Assembly (NCBI GenBank): GCA_046462295.1
Contig: JBKGUS010000155.1
Location: 1 to 48,310 of the forward strand
Length of the DNA: 48,310 bases
Source of the DNA: Thermoleophilaceae bacterium
GTDB taxonomy: Bacteria; Actinomycetota; Thermoleophilia; Solirubrobacterales; Thermoleophilaceae
Direction of reading: 5' to 3'
A program made the position numbers and the translations under genes. The notes below the pieces were generated by a model. The model did no database searches, was not told where the DNA came from, and saw only the letters and a list, made by a program, of their open reading frames with translations. Shown in pieces: positions 21,370 to 28,553 of this stretch (position 1 is the stretch's first letter; each line of letters starts with the position of its first letter).

Positions 21370-21915
21370 TCAGCCGGCGACCGCTGCGCGGTCTGGCACG
21401 AGGCTGACGAAGAACATCTGGAAGCGGCCGACGTCGATCGCATCGCCGTCCTCCAGTTCCGCGAGCTCGACCCGCTGGCCGTTGCGGAACACGCCGTTCA
21501 GGCTGCGGTCGTCGAGTATGCGCGCGCCGTCGGAATCGCGATACACGAGCGCGTGGCGCCGCGACACCGTCGGATCGTCGAAGCGGATGTGTGCGGACAG
21601 GCTGCGGCCGATCCTGGTCCAGCCCTCCTGCAGCGGGACGACGCGCACGCGGTCGCCGTCCTCGAAGGCGAGGTAGTCGCCCGGCCGGACGAGCGCCTCG
21701 CGCGCCTCCTCCAGCCAGTCGGGCGGCTCTCCTACCTCATGCTGGGTGGGGCCCTCCAGGGTCTCGCCGAACAGCGACGCGCGCCTGAAGCGATGCCCGC
21801 CGCATTCCGGGCACCCTGGCACCGGATCGCGCTCGTGCAGCGCTACAGCGAACCCACAAGAGTCGCAGCGGAAAGAGCCGGCCCCTGCCAAGGTCCCGGC
21901 GCTGAACGCTTCCAT
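21370..21915 (-). CDS. FHA-domain protein with N-terminal zinc ribbon
   Basis: Start trimmed to ATG 21915 after GAGGAG. The N-terminus has CDSCG...CPECGG (CxxC-x17-CxxC). The C-terminal FHA domain reads TRIGRSLSAHIRFDDPTVSRRHALVYRD...LDDRSLNGVFRNGQRV. Confidence 0.85.
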   Translation of the reverse strand: MEAFSAGTLAGAGSFRCDSCGFAVALHERDPVPGCPECGGHRFRRASLFGETLEGPTQHEVGEPPDWLEEAREALVRPGDYLAFEDGDRVRVVPLQEGWTRIGRSLSAHIRFDDPTVSRRHALVYRDSDGARILDDRSLNGVFRNGQRVELAELEDGDAIDVGRFQMFFVSLVPDRAAVAG

Positions 21916-22098
21916 GGATGATCTCTCCTCGGGGTGGGGGTGGCGAATGGTAACGAGGCTCGGCGCACGCTCAACCCATTTTTCCGGTATTTGCGGGCTT
22001 TCCCCTCGCCTCGGCGGGGATCCCATACCCCCTTCGGGGGGCAGATACTCATCCGGGTCGGGCAGGAGCTTGGAGGACTGAAGCCCGATCAGCCGAAA

Positions 22099-22350
22099 AT
22101 GGGCACCATGCCCGACCTCGGCGCCATGTTGCTGCGGCGCAGCCTCGGCTCGCTCAGCCCGTCCAGCGACGGGTGCGGCGAGTGCCGCCGGATACCGCTT
22201 GCGGGCGAGCGCCTGCACGAGCTCGACTCCGGCCGCGTCCTGTGCGAGCTGTGCTTCGGTGCGCTGCCGGAGGAGCGCCGCCAAGCGGTGCGCTCGGAGC
22301 GCGTGCACGCGGGCGAGCGGCGGCTCGCCGTCGTGCCGAAGGCCGCCTGA
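22099..22350 (+). CDS. hypothetical small zinc-ribbon protein
   Basis: 83 codons from ATG 22099 with very high GC3. It contains CGEC and CELC (CxxC-x22-CxxC). The track ORF start at 21934 lies in low-GC promoter sequence and was rejected. Confidence 0.55.
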   Translation: MGTMPDLGAMLLRRSLGSLSPSSDGCGECRRIPLAGERLHELDSGRVLCELCFGALPEERRQAVRSERVHAGERRLAVVPKAA

Positions 22351-22396
22351 CGGGCGGCGCAGCCCCGGAAACCGCCCCGCGTACAATGGCGCCGCC

Positions 22397-22966
22397 GTGC
22401 GCGAGGTCACCGTCTCCACCGTCATCTCGGCTCCCCGCGAGCAGATCTTCGACTTCGTGTCGGACCTGGCTGGCCGGCCCGCCTACACCGACCACTACAT
22501 GCGCGACTACAGGCTCGCGCGGGTGAACCCGGTGGGCCCGGGGGCGGCGGCGCGGTTCCAGCTGCGGGGGCCGCTTGCCAAGGAGTACGCCGAGCTGACT
22601 GTGCGCGAGGTTGATCGCCCGCGGGAGATCGTGGAGGAGATCCGGCTCGGCCGGCGCGGGCGCAACCGCTTCGTGGCCGTCTACGACTTCACGCCCGAGG
22701 GCGCCGGCACCACGCGCGTCGAGTTGACCACGTACGGCGAGCCGGCGACGATCGTGGACCGGCTGCGTCAGATCGGAGCCGCCGGATGGATCCGGCGCCA
22801 GTCGAAGAAGTCGCTCGAGCGGCTGCGGATGATCTTCGAGGAGCCGCCGAAGGGCGAGCTGAAGCGGGCGACGATCGCGGGGTACGAGCCAGCGAAGGCC
22901 GCTCGCTTCGGGGCCCCGGCGGGGATGGACCCGTCGCGCCCGCCCGCCCGTGGGGCCTCTCAATAG
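22397..22966 (+). CDS. SRPBCC (START/polyketide-cyclase-like) family protein
   Basis: From GTG 22397 the protein reads VREVTVSTVISAPREQIFDFVSDLAGRPAYTDH...FVAVYDFTPEGAGTTRVELT, which is typical of the SRPBCC ligand-binding fold. It is the real part of track ORF 22199..22966. Confidence 0.7.
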   Translation: MREVTVSTVISAPREQIFDFVSDLAGRPAYTDHYMRDYRLARVNPVGPGAAARFQLRGPLAKEYAELTVREVDRPREIVEEIRLGRRGRNRFVAVYDFTPEGAGTTRVELTTYGEPATIVDRLRQIGAAGWIRRQSKKSLERLRMIFEEPPKGELKRATIAGYEPAKAARFGAPAGMDPSRPPARGASQ

Positions 22967-22979
22967 GATTCGCAATCCG

Positions 22980-23519
22980 ATGCGCCGCCTCACCGTCGCC
23001 GCCTGCCTGCTCGCCGTGGCCGCTCCGCTTGGCCTCGTCGCGTGCGGCGACGAGGAGCCGGGCGTGGACGAGCCGGCCCGTGAGGGGCTGGCGCTCGAGC
23101 TGGAGGGGATCACCTACAACGTGTTCATCACGCGCCAGCTGAACCCGCGCGTGCCGCCCGACGGCGCGTACGTGACCGACGAGGCGCCGCCCGGGGAGGC
23201 CCTGTACGGCATCTTCATCCAGGTCTGCAACCACTCGGACGAGGCGCACGAGACGGTGAGCGACTTCATCGTGAAGGACAACCAGGAGAACGAGTTCGAG
23301 CCCGAGGAGCTCCCCGCGGACAACCACTTCGCCTACTCGCCTCGAACGCTGAACCCGGACGAGTGCATCCCGGAAGCCGGAAGCGTTGCCCAGCTGGGCC
23401 CGAGCGCGGGCTCGATGCTCCTGTTCCAGTTCCCGCTCGAGACGACGGAGAACCGCCCGCTCGAGCTGGAGATGGAGGGGGAGAGCGGGGAGACGCTGAC
23501 GTTCGAGCTGGATATTTGA
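22980..23519 (+). CDS. lipoprotein, DUF4352-like beta-sandwich
   Basis: ATG 22980 gives MRRLTVAACLLAVAAPLGLVAC with the lipobox LVAC. The mature part (GEALYGIFIQVCNHSDEAHETVSDFIVKDNQENEFEP) resembles DUF4352-type lipoproteins. Confidence 0.7.
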   Translation: MRRLTVAACLLAVAAPLGLVACGDEEPGVDEPAREGLALELEGITYNVFITRQLNPRVPPDGAYVTDEAPPGEALYGIFIQVCNHSDEAHETVSDFIVKDNQENEFEPEELPADNHFAYSPRTLNPDECIPEAGSVAQLGPSAGSMLLFQFPLETTENRPLELEMEGESGETLTFELDI

Positions 23520-23521
23520 GG

Positions 23522-23547
23522 CGAGCCGGGGGCCCACGCCCGGCTCG
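23522..23547. terminator. candidate stem-loop terminator between convergent genes
   Basis: CGAGCCGGG ggcccacg CCCGGCTCG is a perfect 9-bp stem with an 8-nt loop. It lies between the lipoprotein stop (23519) and the PBP stop (23596). Confidence 0.45.
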
Positions 23548-23595
23548 GCCGGCCGCGCGGGGTTCGGCATCCGCCGCTGATTTCTGGCCGGTCGC

Positions 23596-25278
23596 TCAGA
23601 GCGCCGCGTCCAGCACTACCCGCGCCGCCGGCGCCGCCACCGCCCCGCCTGCCCCGGCCCTCACCAGCATCACTGCGACGGCCAGCTCGGGCTTCTTCGC
23701 CGGTGCGTATGCCGTGAACCAGGCGTTCGTGTTGGACGGGTCCGGGGGTGCCGTCTCGCCGGTCTCGGGGTCGCGGGTGTCCTCCAGCTCGGCCGTTCCC
23801 GTCTTTCCCGCCACCTTCACGCCCTGCAATGCCGCCGCCGTGCCGGTTCCGTACTCCACGACATCGACCATCAGCGACTGGATCGTTCGTGCGATCTCCC
23901 TGGAGGTCACCCTGACGCGGTCGGTTCGCTCGCCGAGCGCGAGGGTCGGCAGGTAGCGCACGCCCTCGGCCGCGATCGTCTGCGCGACCGAGGCCATCAC
24001 CAGCGGCGTCGCCAGGGTCCGGAACTGGCCGATGGCGGTCGATGCGATCTCCAGGTCCGATTCGATCTCTTCGCTCGGCGGCAGCGTGCTCGGCACCTCG
24101 CCCGCCACCGTCGGCTCCTGGTTCCAGCCGAATCGCTCCGAGGCTTCCACCAGCGCCTCCGAACCCACCTTCACGCCCAACGGCCCGAACACCGAATTGC
24201 ACGAGTGAGCGAAGCTGTTACGGAACGTGCCGCCGCAGAACTCGCCGTTCGCGTTCTGCAGCTCCACGCCGTCGATCAGCGCGAAGCTCTCGACCGGGAA
24301 CTTCGTCGACGGCTTCACGAGGTCCTGCTCGAGCGCTGCCGTCGTCGTCACGATCTTGAACGTCGACCCGGGCGGCTGGGGGGCCGAGAAGGCCAGCCCC
24401 GCCAGCGCACGGATCTCTCCGTTGCGCGGGTCGAGCGCGGCGATGCCTCCGAAGCGGCCCGCCAGCGCCGTCACGGCCGCCTCCTGGAGCCGTGTGTCGA
24501 TCGTCGTCCGCACGGGCGGAGCCGGCCGCGGACGCGCCTCGGCGATCACCCGGTCGCCGGCGAACAACCGCCCGCCGGGGCGCCCCGCCAGGCGGTCCTC
24601 GAAGGCATGCTCGAGCCCGTTCTGCCCGGTCGGCCAGTCGCGCGGGAACCCGCGCGTCCACAGCGCGCGGCGCTCGGCCCGCGTCTCCTCCGGCATCAGC
24701 GTGCCGGCGATCGAGCCGGCGACCGCCTCGAGCGGTGAGCTGCGGGCCTCGGCCGGCCCCTCCGCAAGGACCTTCCCGTTGCGCGACAGCAGCGTGGCGC
24801 GCTCCGGCGGCTCGCTCTCGCGCGCGAGCGCCTCGCCGCGGCGCAGGCCGGGGAAGGCGAGCAGCGGCCCCCAGGTGACCTGCTCGTCCTGCACCGGCAG
24901 GCGCAGGTTTGCCCGCACCGTGCCGAACACGCGGGTCTCCACCTCCACGGGGACGGTGACGGACCCGTTGCGCTCGCCCCCCGGGTCGCCGGCCTCGATG
25001 CCGGTGGCCGTCGCCGTCGCGGCGGCCGCGCGGTACGCGGCGCGGAACCGCTTGGGCGAGTGGACCTCGCGCGAGGCGTCGTCGAGCATGTCGTACATCG
25101 TCCCGTAGTCGCCGCGCTCCCACGCCTCGGCGAACTCCCCGGCGGTGCGCTGGCTGCCCGACTGCGCCTGAGCGCCGACCACCATCCCGGCCCCTCCCGC
25201 CACGAGCGCCAGGCCGCCGAGGGCGGGCAACGCCCGGTGGGTCAGCCTGCGGCGGCGCTCGGCAGACAGCCCGATCAT
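23596..25278 (-). CDS. penicillin-binding protein (class B-type transpeptidase with NTF2-like N-terminal domain)
   Basis: This is the real part of track ORF 23596..26703. ATG 25278 starts MIGLSAERRRRL, followed by a TM anchor. SxxK is STFK, SxN is HSCNS and KTG is KTGTAE. The region before the transpeptidase (FAEAWERGDYGTMYDMLDDAS) resembles a MecA_N/NTF2-like domain. Confidence 0.9.
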   Translation of the reverse strand: MIGLSAERRRRLTHRALPALGGLALVAGGAGMVVGAQAQSGSQRTAGEFAEAWERGDYGTMYDMLDDASREVHSPKRFRAAYRAAAATATATGIEAGDPGGERNGSVTVPVEVETRVFGTVRANLRLPVQDEQVTWGPLLAFPGLRRGEALARESEPPERATLLSRNGKVLAEGPAEARSSPLEAVAGSIAGTLMPEETRAERRALWTRGFPRDWPTGQNGLEHAFEDRLAGRPGGRLFAGDRVIAEARPRPAPPVRTTIDTRLQEAAVTALAGRFGGIAALDPRNGEIRALAGLAFSAPQPPGSTFKIVTTTAALEQDLVKPSTKFPVESFALIDGVELQNANGEFCGGTFRNSFAHSCNSVFGPLGVKVGSEALVEASERFGWNQEPTVAGEVPSTLPPSEEIESDLEIASTAIGQFRTLATPLVMASVAQTIAAEGVRYLPTLALGERTDRVRVTSREIARTIQSLMVDVVEYGTGTAAALQGVKVAGKTGTAELEDTRDPETGETAPPDPSNTNAWFTAYAPAKKPELAVAVMLVRAGAGGAVAAPAARVVLDAAL

Positions 25279-25323
25279 GCCGGGGTCGGCGGGGGAGCGG
25301 GGGCAATAGGCTGCCTCGCGCCT

Positions 25324-26472
25324 GTGACAGCGCTCGACTGGATCATCATCGCTTTTACGGGCCTGATGGGCGTTTGGGGGTATGCCCAGGGCCTGATCGT
25401 AGGGGCGCTCTCGCTCGTCGGCTTCGGAGGCGGGGCGTTCCTGGGCTCCCGGCTCGGGCCGTTGCTCCTGGAGGAGGGCTCCCAGTCGCCCTACGCGCCT
25501 CTGTTCGCCCTGATCGGCGCCCTGCTGATCGGCGGCATGCTGGCCAGCGGGCTCGAGCTGCTCGGCTTTCACCTGCGCCACCGCCTGGGCGAGCGGCTCG
25601 GGGTGCTCGACGGCATGGCCGGATCGGCGCTGGTGGCGTGCCTCGGGCTGGGCCTGGTGTGGATCGCGGGCGCCGTGGCGCTCCATACGCCGGGGGCCAG
25701 CGAGCTGCGCGAGCCGATCCAGCGCTCCGCGATCCTGCGCGAGCTGAACGAGCGCCTTCCGCCGTCGGGGCCGATCCTGCAGGCGCTCGCTCGCTTCGAC
25801 CCGGTCCCGGAGATCGACGGCCCGTCGCCGAACGTTGCGCCGCCCGACTCGCGCATCGCGCGCGACCCGCAGGTGGAGCGCGCCGGGCGCAGCGTCGTGC
25901 GGGTGCTCGGTACCGCCTGCGGGCTCGGCGTGCAGGGATCCGGCTGGGTGGCCGGCAACGGCGTGGTCGTGACGAACGCCCACGTGGTGGCGGGCCAGGA
26001 CGACACGACGGTGCAGGTAGGAGGCGAGGGCGACCGGCTCGATACCGAGCCGATCTGGTTCGACGCCCGCAACGACCTCGCGCTGCTGCGCGTGCCGAGC
26101 CTGGCCGGCGCGCCGCGGCTGCGCTTCAGCCCGAACCCGGAGGCCGGCACGTCGGCGGCGATCCTCGGCTTCCCAGAGGACGGCCCCTACGACGTGCGGC
26201 CCGGGCGGCTCGGGCAGACCTCGACGGTGGTGTCGCAGGACGCGTACGGACGCGGCCCGGTGCGCCGGACGATCACGTCGCTGCGCGGCCTGGTAAGCCA
26301 GGGCAACTCGGGCGGCCCGATGGTGGACGGCCGCGGCCGCGTTGTCACGACGATCTTCGCCGCGACGGTCTCGGACGGCGGCCAGAGCGGCTACGGCGTG
26401 CCGATCCCGATCGTCCAGGACGCGCTCGGCCGGGCGGGTGGGACGGTGGACACCGGTCCCTGCGCGCGTTAG
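25324..26472 (+). CDS. CvpA-domain membrane serine protease (MarP/Rv3671c-like)
   Basis: GTG 25324. The N-terminus has four hydrophobic helices (CvpA-like: LDWIIIAFTGLMGVWGYAQGLIVG...). The C-terminal trypsin-like domain has TNAHVV (His), NDLALLRV (Asp) and GNSGGPMV (Ser). Confidence 0.85.
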   Translation: MTALDWIIIAFTGLMGVWGYAQGLIVGALSLVGFGGGAFLGSRLGPLLLEEGSQSPYAPLFALIGALLIGGMLASGLELLGFHLRHRLGERLGVLDGMAGSALVACLGLGLVWIAGAVALHTPGASELREPIQRSAILRELNERLPPSGPILQALARFDPVPEIDGPSPNVAPPDSRIARDPQVERAGRSVVRVLGTACGLGVQGSGWVAGNGVVVTNAHVVAGQDDTTVQVGGEGDRLDTEPIWFDARNDLALLRVPSLAGAPRLRFSPNPEAGTSAAILGFPEDGPYDVRPGRLGQTSTVVSQDAYGRGPVRRTITSLRGLVSQGNSGGPMVDGRGRVVTTIFAATVSDGGQSGYGVPIPIVQDALGRAGGTVDTGPCAR

Positions 26473-27377
26473 AGCGCCGCCATCACCGCGTCCAGGTCCT
26501 CCGACCGCTCCGCGATCAACTCCTCCGCGTGGCCGCGCAGCTCGGCGAGGTTCTCCGCGGACGCGTCGTCCAGGTCGTCGCTCGCGCGCGTCAGCTCCAC
26601 CTGCAGGCGCCAGTAGCGGTCGTCGCCCAGGACGTGGCGCAGCTGGTAGTCCACCGCGTCGGAGATTCCGTCGAACACCACGTCGAGGATCGGGCGCGCC
26701 CATTCGACCAGGCCCCAGTCGTCAACGTCCGCGAAGCGGCGGCTGCGGGTGCGCTGGCCCGTTCCGAGCGAGAGCAGCACCACGTCGGCGCTCGGGTGGA
26801 AGCGCAGCACCTCCGCGAACGCGCTCATCGCCGGGTTGACCGCGAACACGCCGCCGTCGACCAGGACGCGCTGGACGACCGGGAGTGGCTCGAAGTAGGT
26901 TGGCGCCGCCGAGGTGGCGCGGGCCACCACGGTGAGCGGGACGTCGTCGGCGGGCCGCTCCCGGGCGTTCCGGGTCTTGAAGAAGAACGGGCCGGGCTCT
27001 GACATGTCGTAGGTGGGGACGATCAGCTCGGGCACCGTGTCTGCGAGCCGCTTGTCGGCTAGGAAGCGCTCCAGGGCCCTGTCGAGGGCGCCCGCGTCGT
27101 ACTTCTCGTCGAGCAGCCCCTCGGCGCTGCGGATGCGCTGCCAGACGGAACGGTCGAAGATCGCCGGCCCCTCCTCCTCGTAGATCGCGGCCACCTCCTC
27201 GGCCGGAAGCGGGTTCGGCGCGCACAGGGCGCAGGCCAGGATGCCGCCTGTCGAGGTGCCCGCGATGAGGTCGAACAGCTCGAACACGCGGCGGCCCGAG
27301 CGGCGCTCCAGCTCGGCCAGGACGAGGGCGGGGATCAGGCCACGTATCCCGCCACCATCTATTGCAAGCACCCGCAC
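26469..27377 (-). CDS. patatin-like phospholipase
   Basis: GTG 27377. It has the oxyanion motif DGGGIRG, the nucleophile elbow GTSTGG, and the catalytic Asp in VDGGVFA. Its stop overlaps the MarP-like stop (TTAG). Confidence 0.9.
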   Translation of the reverse strand: MRVLAIDGGGIRGLIPALVLAELERRSGRRVFELFDLIAGTSTGGILACALCAPNPLPAEEVAAIYEEEGPAIFDRSVWQRIRSAEGLLDEKYDAGALDRALERFLADKRLADTVPELIVPTYDMSEPGPFFFKTRNARERPADDVPLTVVARATSAAPTYFEPLPVVQRVLVDGGVFAVNPAMSAFAEVLRFHPSADVVLLSLGTGQRTRSRRFADVDDWGLVEWARPILDVVFDGISDAVDYQLRHVLGDDRYWRLQVELTRASDDLDDASAENLAELRGHAEELIAERSEDLDAVMAAL

Positions 27378-27398
27378 GCGGCGACGGTATCGCTACAA

Positions 27399-28259
27399 AT
27401 GGGGGCGGTGCGTGGCGCTCTGCTCCCCCTCATCGCCGCCGCCTGCCTCACGGTGGGCGCGATCGCCGTTGCCCAGGAGCCTCCGCCCGGCGAGCCGCCG
27501 GACCGCCGGCCCATGGACGACAATCCCTGCCTCACCGAGCGCGCGAAGCGGCTGCTCTGCCCCGATCTCGTGATGCGGCGCCCGTACGGGCTCTACACGG
27601 AACGGCTCACGAAGCCCGGGCACACCGTCCTGCGGGCCGGCAACGTGATCGACTCGGTCGGGAAGGGGCCCGCGGAGCTGCACGGGGTCCGGACCGGGCC
27701 GCGCTTCATGAAGGGCCGGCAGCGCATCTACAAGCGGGCCGGGGGCAAGATCGGGATCAGCACCGGCGCGCGCCTCCAGTTCAAGTTCGCCCACCAGCAG
27801 CTCTACTGGTGGAAGTTCTACGACGCCGCCCGCTTCGAGCTCTGGCGGCTCGACGCGGCGGGCCGCCGCACCCGGCTCGTCCGCACGGGACCCAAGGTCG
27901 CGTACTGCCTGCGCGACCTCGGCCGAACCAGGCCACGCCTCCCCGGTTCGCCGCCCGGCCGCGTCTACCCCGCCTGCAGCACGAACTCGTCCGCCCAGCG
28001 CGTGACGCTCGGCACGTCGGTGGGCTGGGCCGACATCTACCCGCCCGCCTACCCGGAGCAGTGGATCGACGTGACCGGCCTGCGCGGCTGCTTCGCCTAC
28101 GCCCACATCGCCGATCCCGAGAACGGGATCTACGAGTCCGACGAGGACAACAACGAGGCGCAGGTGATTGTCCGGCTGCCGTTCGAGCGGGGGAACGCCC
28201 GCCGGGGCTGCAAGGGCAGGGACCGCGGGCGTCCGTACGGGCCGCGGACCCCGTACTGA
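27399..28259 (+). CDS. secreted lysyl-oxidase-like protein, degenerate (copper-site histidines absent)
   Basis: Signal peptide MGAVRGALLPLIAAACLTVGAIAVA. It is collinear with the LOX catalytic domain: CPDLVM; TVLRAGNVIDSVGKGPAEL; PKVAYCLRD (lysine position); and SVGWADIYPPAYPEQWIDVTG...ADPENGIYESDEDNN (tyrosine position and C-terminal block). The HxHxH segment is replaced by FKFAHQQLYWWKF. Confidence 0.7.
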   Translation: MGAVRGALLPLIAAACLTVGAIAVAQEPPPGEPPDRRPMDDNPCLTERAKRLLCPDLVMRRPYGLYTERLTKPGHTVLRAGNVIDSVGKGPAELHGVRTGPRFMKGRQRIYKRAGGKIGISTGARLQFKFAHQQLYWWKFYDAARFELWRLDAAGRRTRLVRTGPKVAYCLRDLGRTRPRLPGSPPGRVYPACSTNSSAQRVTLGTSVGWADIYPPAYPEQWIDVTGLRGCFAYAHIADPENGIYESDEDNNEAQVIVRLPFERGNARRGCKGRDRGRPYGPRTPY

Positions 28260-28497
28260 GCCGCCCGCCTGAACCGGCGCGAAGGCCGCTGAGGCCCGGC
28301 AGAATCCGGCGCCGGAGAGATCCGGATGAGGATCGTCGCGGGGATCGTGCTGTGGCTGGGGATGGCCGGGAGCGGGTGGTGAGACCGCGTCCATCCCCGT
28401 GCCGGCCGGCGCCGCAGATCACCGTCCGTGCGGTCGACGATCAGGGCAATAAAGAGAGGCCCGCAACGCTTGTGCTCCGCTGAGCGGGCGGTCGGTT

Positions 28498-28550
28498 CGA
28501 GTGTGGGCTGTCTTAGTACCGGATAGCGTGACTTTGACAGCCCACACTCG
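28498..28550. repeat. perfect 15-bp inverted repeat with 23-nt spacer (candidate terminator or protein-binding palindrome)
   Basis: CGAGTGTGGGCTGTC (28498-28512) and GACAGCCCACACTCG (28536-28550) are exact reverse complements. The spacer is ttagtaccggatagcgtgacttt. The right arm ends 3 nt before the stop codon of the minus-strand sigma gene (28554). Confidence 0.6.
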
Positions 28551-28553
28551 CCG

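Noticed and set aside
26469-27377. Patatin-like phospholipase as a CBASS or other anti-phage effector
   Set aside because: There is no cyclase/nucleotidyltransferase, no CAP/E1-E2/JAB gene, and no other defence-associated gene adjacent. The protein is short (302 aa) with no sensor domain, so it looks like a stand-alone lipase.
28326-28382. 18-codon hydrophobic mini-ORF (MRIVAGIVLWLGMAGSGW) with an upstream GGAGAG
   Set aside because: It is too short to support from sequence alone, so it is not listed as a feature. It is kept only as a note within the finding on the 28260-28553 gap.
28485-28512. tRNA-like T-loop string GGTTCGAGT
   Set aside because: The flanking bases (GTCGG / GTGGG) cannot form a T-stem, and no acceptor or anticodon arms can be drawn. 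The sequence is part of the left arm of the 15-bp inverted repeat.
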